37,184 nt of DNA from Candidatus Moraniibacteriota bacterium (lineage in GTDB: Bacteria; Patescibacteriota; Minisyncoccia; CAIUEV01): positions 1 to 37,184 of the forward strand of contig VGKB01000002.1 of assembly GCA_016867255.1 (NCBI GenBank), written 5' to 3'. This document shows positions 6,611 through 14,371 of the stretch, in pieces (the first letter of the stretch is position 1; each line of letters opens with the position of its first letter). Below the pieces are notes generated by a model that ran no database searches, was not told the origin of the DNA, and saw only the letters and a list, made by a program, of their open reading frames with translations. The position numbers and the translations under genes are program-made.

Positions 6611-7901
6611 GTTTTTTTCTATCCTCTTTGATAAATTTTAACCCGATGTCTGTTCGGTAATATTTCTTTGGTATCACTACTTTTTCGATAATCGAATAGA
6701 CTTTCTTTCTGGCTTCCTTAATTGTTTTTCCTACTCCAGAAACGTGCATAATATATCCGCTATTTGCACAAATGTAATATTCTCCGGTCCTTTTCCTTGC
6801 TACCTCTTCGAGGTGAATATGTTTTTGATCTCCGATCTTAAAATTATCTTTAAAATATATCATTAGCCCTTTTGGAGAAAAACTTGTAAACATATTCCGA
6901 TAATAAGGGAATGGTGGAGCCGCCACAAGAACAACTATTCCAAATCCCTTCTTCCACCCCAGATTAAAATTTTTCCCATCAGCAACAGCCTTGAGAAACT
7001 CTGCCCAAGAAGAATTGTGAATCTCCATTTGCAATTGAGTAGCTGGGTATCCAAATCTTGCAGTAGCCTCAAGGGGAAAAACTCCTCTTCGATTAACAAT
7101 GCAGTTTATTGCAATGTCGCCACGAAAATTAATTCTCGCAAGATACTCCTTGAGCTTTGATAAAGTTTCTGAGTATACTTTATTTTTTTCATCATTCGAG
7201 TACCACATAAGAGTACCCATCTCGTCTGTCTTCGGGCCAACTCCCCCGTTAAAAAAATCTTTGTACTCAAAACTAATTTCGATCGGTCCAACCCAATTTT
7301 TCCCGTTAAAATATCTTGCTATGCTAATCTCTACACCCTTAATTCTTTTTTGCAAATCAAATTGAGAACAATTTTTATTTGTGTAATAACTACATTTATA
7401 ATTTTCTAATAGGCTTATCAGATCTCGGTTATCCTTAAATTTGCTTACGTAATTTAAAGTTTTATTACTGTCTCCGCTTTGTTTAATTACCCATGGACCA
7501 GGGTTGCTCTTTAAAAAATCAATGCCTTCTTTTATGTCGTAAAAGGTGGTCGATGGGGAAACGTTCATACCGACAAAACTAAAAATTTTCTGCCCATATT
7601 GCCTGTCTTTTTCTAATTTATCTCCAAGCTTACAGCCTCCCACTACAGAATATCCTTCATTCCTCAATTCATCCTGAACTTTTCCCATGCCAACATCATC
7701 AAAAACAATTAGCCCTTCTTTGCCAACCCAACTAACCCCTTTGTCCAGGTCGTCAATCTTTTCAACAACACCCTCTAAGATTTTCCTAATATCCTTATTC
7801 TTATCTTTTATAAACCACTTTACGTGGTTTCGCTCCCCCTTGAGCTTACAGCAGAGACTTGCTCCGTGGGCATCGGTTGGCGAAACAAAAAGAATACGCA
7901 T
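6588..7901 (-). CDS. PurD-like (phosphoribosylamine--glycine ligase family) ATP-grasp enzyme
   Basis: Segments matching PurD: GLIVFDDVGMGKVQDELRNEGYSVVGG, GPWVIKQSGD, GPKTDEMGTLMWY and FRGDIAINCIVNRRGVFPLEATARFGYPATQ (compare GPNTGGMG and EFNCRFGDPETQ of PurD). No other pur genes in the window. Confidence 0.6.
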   Translation of the reverse strand: MRILFVSPTDAHGASLCCKLKGERNHVKWFIKDKNKDIRKILEGVVEKIDDLDKGVSWVGKEGLIVFDDVGMGKVQDELRNEGYSVVGGCKLGDKLEKDRQYGQKIFSFVGMNVSPSTTFYDIKEGIDFLKSNPGPWVIKQSGDSNKTLNYVSKFKDNRDLISLLENYKCSYYTNKNCSQFDLQKRIKGVEISIARYFNGKNWVGPIEISFEYKDFFNGGVGPKTDEMGTLMWYSNDEKNKVYSETLSKLKEYLARINFRGDIAINCIVNRRGVFPLEATARFGYPATQLQMEIHNSSWAEFLKAVADGKNFNLGWKKGFGIVVLVAAPPFPYYRNMFTSFSPKGLMIYFKDNFKIGDQKHIHLEEVARKRTGEYYICANSGYIMHVSGVGKTIKEARKKVYSIIEKVVIPKKYYRTDIGLKFIKEDRKKLKEWGYL

Positions 7902-8085
7902 AAAAGCTTAAATATATTGTGCTTACTTCTATCATACACATACCAGATTAGAACAAAATAATCTTTTTCCCTAATTTTTTGGGAAAAATTGCATTTTCTT
8001 ATCTATTATCTTTTAAATTTTTTATTCTAGGTTTAAAATATAACTAATTCTTTTGCTGATATTCTAAATACAAAAAAATATTAAA

Positions 8086-9927
8086 ATGCTTTGCCTAGAT
8101 TTTGAAACCCCACATTTTCTAGTTTTTGCGAGTACGACTCCTTCTCTTATTTATTTCTCTCATATACCTGCGATGTTGCTATCGTTATTGATGGGATTTT
8201 TTATATTCATAAAAAATAAGAAAGCATTAATTTCGCAAATTTTGTTTACTTTATCTATAACGTTCTCTTTGTCATGCTTTGTCTTACTTATTACTTGGAC
8301 TAATAATGACACCAGCATTATAATGTTTGTTTGGTCAATTTTTGGAATTTTGTATCTTCTGACATTCTTTTTCTCTTTCTATCTAGTATACCTTTTTATA
8401 AAACAGCGTGATATTAGTTTAAAAACAAAAATTTTTCTATCGTTGTTTCTTGCGCCAACCATTTTTTTCGCATCATCAAAATATAATCTAAATGTTTTTG
8501 ACTTAAAACTGTGTGGCATAACCCAAGAAGGAAGATATTTCACAAATTATTATTATATTGCAGGATTAGCGATTTTTATATGGATGTCTATTGTTTCAAT
8601 AACCAATTATTTAAAAATTAAAACTATTTTTAGAAAACAGATTTTACTCTTGCTCGGAGGCGTCAGTTTTTTCTTACTATCACTCTTTTTTACAGGTTTT
8701 TTAGCAAGTCTCTTAGTGGACTATGGGGTATTTAGTGACTATTCTGTGGAGCAATATGGACTATTCGGAATGCTGGTGTTTTTAGCTTTTCTTTCATATC
8801 TAATCATTAAATATCAAGCCTTCGATATTAAAGTTATTGCAGCTCAGTTCCTTACCGTTACGGTGTGGATTGGGGTGTTTTCCCAGTTTTTCATTGTGCA
8901 GGAGTTGAGTAATCAGATTCTTACTGGCGTGACGCTTGCCCTTGTAACGATTTTTGGGTATATGCTTTTTCGCGCCATCAAAGAAGATGTTTCCCTTACC
9001 GAACAATTGCGGCTCGCTTCCGGCAAGCTGGCAATCTTAAACACCAAACTCAAAGAAATTGACGCCGCCAAATCCGAATTCGTCTCCATTGCCTCGCACC
9101 AACTACGCACCCCCCTCACCTCGGTGAAGGGCTACGCCTCCCTCATTTTGGAAAACACCTTCGGAAAAATCCCTCTCCGCCAGCGCGAAGCGGTGGAAAA
9201 ACTCTATGTCAACAACGAAAAACTGGTGCTTTTGGTGGAAGATATGCTCAACGCTTCCCGCCTGGAAGCCGGCCGGCTGGAATACGAATTTGAAGAGGTG
9301 GACGTCCCGCCTCTCATCAAAGAGATAGTGGATAATATGCAGCTCCACGCCAAAAGCAAAAATCTCTTGCTTAAATACACCGCTCCTTCCAAAACCCGTT
9401 CGGCTTCGCTCAGGGCAAGCTCTTTAATCGCCCTTGCCGACAAGCGCAAGGTGGCCGAAATTATCGCCAATCTCATTGACAACGCCGTGAAATACTCCCC
9501 TGCCCTTCATGAAGGGCAGAACAATACGGCTGAAAAACAAACTATAACCGTCAGCGTCTCCCGCTGCGAGTTGGCAAGGCCGGTCGGTAAAGCGAAAAAC
9601 ACCAAAATTCTAAACGGCGCCGGGGTGCGCGTAAGCGTTGCCGACAACGGAATCGGCATGAGCGAAAAGGAACTGAAAGAAATATTTGAGAAGTTTAAAA
9701 AAGGAGAAACGAAAAATGAGAAACAGGAAACGGGATCGTCCTTTATAGTTAAAAGAGAGAAAGAAGGAGAAATTGATAACAAAATAGACAATATCACCGG
9801 CACCGGCCTCGGCGTCTACATCTCCCGCCAGATGGCCCGCGCCATGGGCGGCGATCTGTGCGCCACTTCGCCGGGCAAAGGCAAAGGGAGTACATTTACC
9901 CTAGAATTACCCCTGGTTAAAAAATAG
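8086..9927 (+). CDS. Multi-pass membrane sensor histidine kinase
   Basis: About 270 aa of N-terminal transmembrane helices. H box SEFVSIASHQLRTPLTSVKGY, N box NLIDNAVKYS, G1 DNGIGM and G2 GTGLGVY, with a charged insertion of about 35 aa between the F box and G2. No response regulator nearby. Confidence 0.9.
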   Translation: MLCLDFETPHFLVFASTTPSLIYFSHIPAMLLSLLMGFFIFIKNKKALISQILFTLSITFSLSCFVLLITWTNNDTSIIMFVWSIFGILYLLTFFFSFYLVYLFIKQRDISLKTKIFLSLFLAPTIFFASSKYNLNVFDLKLCGITQEGRYFTNYYYIAGLAIFIWMSIVSITNYLKIKTIFRKQILLLLGGVSFFLLSLFFTGFLASLLVDYGVFSDYSVEQYGLFGMLVFLAFLSYLIIKYQAFDIKVIAAQFLTVTVWIGVFSQFFIVQELSNQILTGVTLALVTIFGYMLFRAIKEDVSLTEQLRLASGKLAILNTKLKEIDAAKSEFVSIASHQLRTPLTSVKGYASLILENTFGKIPLRQREAVEKLYVNNEKLVLLVEDMLNASRLEAGRLEYEFEEVDVPPLIKEIVDNMQLHAKSKNLLLKYTAPSKTRSASLRASSLIALADKRKVAEIIANLIDNAVKYSPALHEGQNNTAEKQTITVSVSRCELARPVGKAKNTKILNGAGVRVSVADNGIGMSEKELKEIFEKFKKGETKNEKQETGSSFIVKREKEGEIDNKIDNITGTGLGVYISRQMARAMGGDLCATSPGKGKGSTFTLELPLVKK

Positions 9928-9933
9928 ATCAGC
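9799..9933 (+). repeat. 135-nt direct repeat, copy 1 (functional 3' end of the kinase gene)
   Basis: Recurs at 13611..13745. The first 56 nt are identical, with about a dozen substitutions after that. Confidence 0.9.
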
Positions 9934-10055
9934 ATCTTCGTCCTCCCTGCCATTCCAAAGCCTATTAGCGTAGGATGGGAATTGCCGCTGGTGAAGCAAT
10001 AGAAAAAACAGCGCCTTGGTTACAATTACACTTATAAGCATACCCATTAAACACA

Positions 10056-10086
10056 ATGCGGTGCTCTTTATAAAGAAACACCGCAT
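10056..10086 (-). terminator. Hairpin downstream of the radical SAM gene
   Basis: ATGCGGTG (10056-10063) pairs with CACCGCAT (10079-10086). On the minus strand it is followed by tgtgtttaat. Sits between convergent genes. Confidence 0.45.
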
Positions 10087-10099
10087 CCTTCATCTCTTG

Positions 10100-11389
10100 T
10101 TACAATAGGCTCCTGAGAATTCGTCCCTTTTTTGAATGGTGACCCCAAGTTGAATTAGGCACTTCCCAAAGAAACCTCTCGGCCTCCCTTTTGACCGATT
10201 CTGCGCTTAATTCACCAGTCCCCATAGTAACCGTGGAAGGATCACAATCATCAGGATCCAACAATGTGATGAGTCCTTTTTCAACAGCCATATTGTAGAG
10301 TGGCGTTCCAAAAAATGGCGTTGAAACAAACAAAGCGATATCGTCAGCTTCTAGTTCCCTTGCAAGTTTTATACTCATATCAACATCTTCACTCGTTTCA
10401 CCTGGCGTGCCCAGCTGAAAAGATACTTTTACTCTTAACCCCAGCTTTTTGGCTGCAGAAATTATTCTTTTGACTTTATCCGGATCCAGTTTCTTGCCTA
10501 GTATTTGTTGGATTTTGGGAGACCCAGACTCGACTCCGAAGAAAATTCTATCGAGTCGGTTCTTTGAGAACTCCTTTAACAACTCTTCCTCGACAACATC
10601 AATTCTTGCTTGACATTCCCAATCAATCCCTTTGGCACTTAACATCGAAGCTATCTCTAAAGAAACTCTTGGCCTCATAGGAAAAATATCATCCAGTATT
10701 CTCAAGTAATTTGCAGGGTATCTGCCCAATAGAGTATTCAATATTTGGAGTATCCTACTGACGCTTCTGAACCTAACTCTTCTTTCCCAAAAAGCCGATT
10801 GGGAGCAATAAATACAACCAAAAGAGCAGCCTCTCCCTGTTGATAATGTTGCAACGAGCTTTCCTTCTTCTTTTTGCGGATACCGCTCCAAGAAGAGAAG
10901 ATCGAAGGCTGGATCAGGCAAGAAGTCCAGATTCGGTACAGTTACTCTTTTATTAACAACGACCCCTTCTTCTCCTTTGTAGGCAATCCCCGGCACCATT
11001 CGTAAGGTTCCCTTTTGTCTTAGCAATAAGTTTGCTAATTTGAGAAAGGGCAACTCTCCTTCGCCCAATACACAAAAATCAACGTTGTCGTTGGCTAAAC
11101 ACTCTGAATAGCAGAAAGTGGGGTAGTATCCTCCAAAAACTACGCTCGCGTTCATATTCTCTTTAACATGACTTGCGAGCGCTAATCCCCTAGCCACAAG
11201 GCCGCAAGGAACTGAAATGCCAACAATTTTGGCTCCGGAATCCGTGATATCTTCTTCTGTTGTTTCAGGCCTAGAAAAATCAACAATTCCTACGGAAAAA
11301 CCATGGTTTTTGATAAAGGCTGCTAGTTCGGCAAGCCCCATCGCTGGATACGGAGACTTCTCCCCTGGGTTTACAAGCAGAATTTCCAT
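10100..11389 (-). CDS. Class B (B12-binding domain) radical SAM enzyme
   Basis: N-terminal Rossmann-like B12-binding region (ILLVNPG...IVGISV...VVFGG), then the cluster motif GRGCSFGCIYC (CxxxCxxC). Strong SD AGGAGG 9 nt before the ATG. Confidence 0.85.
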   Translation of the reverse strand: MEILLVNPGEKSPYPAMGLAELAAFIKNHGFSVGIVDFSRPETTEEDITDSGAKIVGISVPCGLVARGLALASHVKENMNASVVFGGYYPTFCYSECLANDNVDFCVLGEGELPFLKLANLLLRQKGTLRMVPGIAYKGEEGVVVNKRVTVPNLDFLPDPAFDLLFLERYPQKEEGKLVATLSTGRGCSFGCIYCSQSAFWERRVRFRSVSRILQILNTLLGRYPANYLRILDDIFPMRPRVSLEIASMLSAKGIDWECQARIDVVEEELLKEFSKNRLDRIFFGVESGSPKIQQILGKKLDPDKVKRIISAAKKLGLRVKVSFQLGTPGETSEDVDMSIKLARELEADDIALFVSTPFFGTPLYNMAVEKGLITLLDPDDCDPSTVTMGTGELSAESVKREAERFLWEVPNSTWGHHSKKGRILRSLL

Positions 11390-11520
11390 AATCCTTTGCC
11401 CTCCTTTTTTGAACTTGATAATTTTGCTTCGTCTCCTTACAGAAGTTTTACTCAGGCTTTAAAGGACTAATAATAAATAAATCACAAAGTAAAAATATGT
11501 AAAGAGGTTACTTATAAAAA

Positions 11521-12501
11521 CTAACTCACGTAACTTTTCACCCACTCTGTTAGTAAACTTTTATACCTGGTTGGGGATTCCCCAATTAAGAATCTTGCTT
11601 TTGAAATCTCGTCTTTTATCTTTTTTTCGCATTTGGTAATGACTTTATACCTATTTAAGACATGCATGACTTTTTCTGCCCGTCTTTTGCCAATGGCTTT
11701 TCCCCAATAATTATCTACAAATTCTTTTTTGTCTTTCTCTGAAGCATCGTTAAAAAAGACGGCTATCGGGTAACTAATAGTTTCTCCCTCCAAGTCTTTC
11801 ATCTTAGGTTCATAATCATTGTCATCATAATAGATTCCGAAATCATCCAAGTCATTTTTTATCTGCCCTACGATGCCCATTATCTTGATAAACCCGACTA
11901 TTTCCCGTTTCTCTTTTTCACTCAATGAGTCATCAATTATTGTTGTTGCCTCAAGAGGCCATCTCCCAAGGGCTGTTTTCCTTAGGTAATTGTTCAACAA
12001 GGAATGGGTTGATGCTTTATCAAACGAAAAGTTATTTTGCTCTATCTGTGCTTTTAACGTCATTTTTATCGCTTTATGTAGGGTTAGCTTGATTTCCTTA
12101 TGTTCGCTAAAGTTTTTTACTGCCAATTCTTCGGAAATAATAAACCCTAGAGCAGCGGCATGAACTGCTTCCAGCAAGCCAAACTTCAACCAGACAGCCT
12201 TCTTGCCTCTACGTATCCTAGTTTTATCGCCAATGTCGTCTAATATTAAAATAGCTGACCAAGATATTTCTGAAATTGCCCCCACTAAAGCTCCTCTGCT
12301 ATAGTCATTGAGAAGTAAAGACGGCAATCCTGATCTAAACCGATTTCTGCCAGATTTAATTGTGTATGATAGCGCTCTTGCTTCTTTTACTTCTCCGATA
12401 TATTCTTTTATCAGAGGCTTCGTGAATTCTTCAAAAGCTCGATTAAACTCTCGAAATAAATTCTTCTCAGGTTTTTTATGTTTATCCATTTTAATTCTCA
12501 T
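11521..12501 (-). CDS. trans-Polyprenyl diphosphate synthase (FPPS/GGPPS family)
   Basis: First Asp-rich motif LILDDIGDKTRIRRGK and second motif GQIKNDLDDF at the expected spacing. 326 aa. Confidence 0.8.
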   Translation of the reverse strand: MRIKMDKHKKPEKNLFREFNRAFEEFTKPLIKEYIGEVKEARALSYTIKSGRNRFRSGLPSLLLNDYSRGALVGAISEISWSAILILDDIGDKTRIRRGKKAVWLKFGLLEAVHAAALGFIISEELAVKNFSEHKEIKLTLHKAIKMTLKAQIEQNNFSFDKASTHSLLNNYLRKTALGRWPLEATTIIDDSLSEKEKREIVGFIKIMGIVGQIKNDLDDFGIYYDDNDYEPKMKDLEGETISYPIAVFFNDASEKDKKEFVDNYWGKAIGKRRAEKVMHVLNRYKVITKCEKKIKDEISKARFLIGESPTRYKSLLTEWVKSYVS

Positions 12502-12529
12502 TAAAAAATTATTTATTTTATAAAAAAAT

Positions 12530-13513
12530 ATGAACGCGACTTGGGAGCAAGAAAAAATAGTAATCGTTGATAAAAACGATAATGAGTTGGGAACTATGGA
12601 TAAAAATATCTGCCATAAGGTTAAGGGAATTCTTCACAGAGCCATAACAATATTTATTATAAACGATAAAAACCAGATACTGATAACCAAACGAAGCACA
12701 TACAAAAAACTTTGGCCAAAACACTGGGAGTCGTCTTGTTCTACTCACGTTCTTGAAAACGAAAGTTACGTGGAGGCCGGCGAAAGACGAATAAAGCAAG
12801 AGTTAGGGATAAGTTGTAAGCTAAACTACTTATTAAAATTCAATTATAAAGCCGCATACAAAAATATTGGCTCAGAAAATGAAATTTGCGCTTTACTGAT
12901 TGGCAAGTTTAATGGGAGTATTAACTCCAATCCCCGAGAAATTTCCGATCATCGCTGGGTTTCTTTTGACGATCTGGGATATGCTATTGAATTCGATGGT
13001 GGAAGATATGTCCCCTGGTTAGCTGTCGCTTTCAAAGAATTTATTAAGATTAAAGAGATTGTCGGCAACAAGCTTCAAGTTTGTGTCGCAGCAATTGTAG
13101 TAAAGGGTGGTAAAATACTAATCTTCAAAGAAAAAAATAATAAAGCTTACGAAAAAGCAAAAGGTTTGTGGACGGTACCCATAGGAAAGACCAGGGAGAG
13201 TGAACTACTACTAAAATCAGTCTTGAGGGAAACTAGGGAGGAAGTTGGTTACAGCATTGAAATCCTAGGATTGATTGGAGTCTATGAGTTTTTTTCGTCA
13301 AAAACGAATAACCGCATCCTGGGTCTCGCTTTCAAGGCAATCCCAATAGATAATAAAAGAAGTCGACTGCGAGAATTTAAAAAATTATATTGGGTTGATC
13401 CAAAAAAATTGCTCCAGGATAAGAAATTAAAATTTAGAAAAGGTGTAAAAGCAATTATCAAAGACTTTATCGGCGGTAAACTATTAGAAGTTAAACAAAT
13501 AAAATCTCTATAG
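12530..13513 (+). CDS. idi: Isopentenyl-diphosphate delta-isomerase (type 1) fused to a second Nudix hydrolase domain
   Basis: The N-terminal half aligns with E. coli Idi: LHRAITIFIINDKNQILITKRSTYKKLWPKHWESSCSTH vs [39 protein letters not shown], and ENEICALL vs ENEVCPVF. The C-terminal half has its own Nudix box GKTRESELLLKSVLRETREEVGY. Confidence 0.85.
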   Translation: MNATWEQEKIVIVDKNDNELGTMDKNICHKVKGILHRAITIFIINDKNQILITKRSTYKKLWPKHWESSCSTHVLENESYVEAGERRIKQELGISCKLNYLLKFNYKAAYKNIGSENEICALLIGKFNGSINSNPREISDHRWVSFDDLGYAIEFDGGRYVPWLAVAFKEFIKIKEIVGNKLQVCVAAIVVKGGKILIFKEKNNKAYEKAKGLWTVPIGKTRESELLLKSVLRETREEVGYSIEILGLIGVYEFFSSKTNNRILGLAFKAIPIDNKRSRLREFKKLYWVDPKKLLQDKKLKFRKGVKAIIKDFIGGKLLEVKQIKSL

Positions 13514-13575
13514 GCATGCACTAAAGTTCCAAAGTTTTCTCCCTTTTGGATAGAGGGGGGAGATAAAAGAGGGGG

Positions 13576-13604
13576 TTGACACCGAAAGTAGTCATGGATA
13601 AAAT
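13576..13604 (+). promoter_or_regulatory. Promoter-like TTGACA-17 nt-TAAAAT reading into the kinase remnant
   Basis: TTGACA at 13576-13581, TAAAAT at 13599-13604. Confidence 0.4.
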
Positions 13605-13610
13605 ACCAGT

Positions 13611-13745
13611 GGCACCGGCCTCGGCGTCTACATCTCCCGCCAGATGGCCCGCGCCATGGGCGGCGACCTCTACGCCACCTCCCCCGGGAAGAATAAAGGG
13701 AGTACCTTTACCCTAGAATTACCCCTGGTTAAAAAATAGATCAGC
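13611..13745 (+). pseudogene. Remnant 3' end of a histidine-kinase gene (repeat copy 2)
   Basis: Translates in frame as GTGLGVYISRQMARAMGGDLYATSPGKNKGSTFTLELPLVKK*, but an in-frame TAA lies at 13599-13601 and there is no kinase body upstream. Confidence 0.8.
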
Positions 13746-13841
13746 TGTTTATTTTGCTCTACTCCATCCAAAGCTCCTTTTCCTGTAAAATGAGGGGGCT
13801 ATATTCTGTTAAAAAAATTGCATGAACATACCCAAAAAACC

Positions 13842-13985
13842 TTGACAAAAATGAATAAAAATTGATAATTAAGGGTTGTTAAAAGGGCAAGTTCTTTAAA
13901 AAATGTTCGTAGGAACCCAAGGTGTTAAGCTATAACACTTTGGGTTCCTACGAACAAGACCAGACAAGACGAGGAGGGAAAAACC
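13842..13985 (+). promoter_or_regulatory. Promoter (TTGACA-17 nt-ATAATT) plus structured leader, family member C
   Basis: AAGGGTTGTTAAAAGGGCAAGTTCTTTAAAAAA (13871-13903) matches members A and B. Then a roughly 22-bp hairpin at 13905-13955 (gttcgtaggaacccaaggtgtt / aacactttgggttcctacgaac). SD GGAGGG precedes ATG 13986. Confidence 0.6.
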
Positions 13986-14285
13986 ATGAAAAAAATCGCG
14001 GTGTTGGGTTTCGTGTTCTTTCTTTTGTGCGTTGCTCTCACATTAGGAACGTGGTGGCTGACCAAGCCGTTGTTGCCATCCACTACGAACCTGATCACCT
14101 CTGCGCCGGCAGAGGAGGTTTTTGACAGGGTTCGCTCAGGGACATCAGACCGGGAGGTATTTGATTACCTCCGGGGTGGTGGTGGACCCAGACCAGATCC
14201 ATCCACCACAACGACAACGCCCACCGAACCCAGCAGACCCAAGCCGGGACCTAACCGTAACCGGCCGATGCCGATAAAGATCTGA
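13986..14285 (+). CDS. Small secreted or membrane-anchored Pro/Thr-rich protein
   Basis: Signal/anchor MKKIAVLGFVFFLLCVALTLGTWW, then a low-complexity tail (GGGGPRPDPSTTTTTPTEPSRPKPGPNRNRP). Good SD and its own terminator. Confidence 0.7.
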   Translation: MKKIAVLGFVFFLLCVALTLGTWWLTKPLLPSTTNLITSAPAEEVFDRVRSGTSDREVFDYLRGGGGPRPDPSTTTTTPTEPSRPKPGPNRNRPMPIKI

Positions 14286-14290
14286 CCCTT

Positions 14291-14348
14291 AGGGACAAGG
14301 TGCCAGCCGTTACTTTTTACGGCTCCCCGCCTTGTCCCTTTTTCTTTT
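14291..14348 (+). terminator. Rho-independent terminator
   Basis: AGGGACAAGG (14291-14300) pairs with CCTTGTCCCT (14330-14339), with an inner AGCCGT/ACGGCT stem, then TTTTTCTTTT. Confidence 0.8.
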
Positions 14349-14371
14349 GGACAACAAAAACTGCGTTTGTC

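Noticed and set aside
9979-10002. A possible third trace of a kinase C-terminus (gaattgccgctggtgaagcaatag = ELPLVKQ*) just after the kinase stop
   Set aside because: It is only 24 nt with roughly two-thirds identity to the real ELPLVKK* end, too short to distinguish from chance.
9799-13745. Kinase 3' repeat pair as a diversity-generating retroelement template/variable region pair
   Set aside because: The mismatches between copies are of all types rather than adenine-specific. One copy is a dead remnant, and no reverse transcriptase is present.
13922-14125. 67-aa plus-strand ORF starting inside the leader-C hairpin
   Set aside because: It starts within the 22-bp stem, lacks an SD, and overlaps out of frame the better-supported 13986..14285 CDS.
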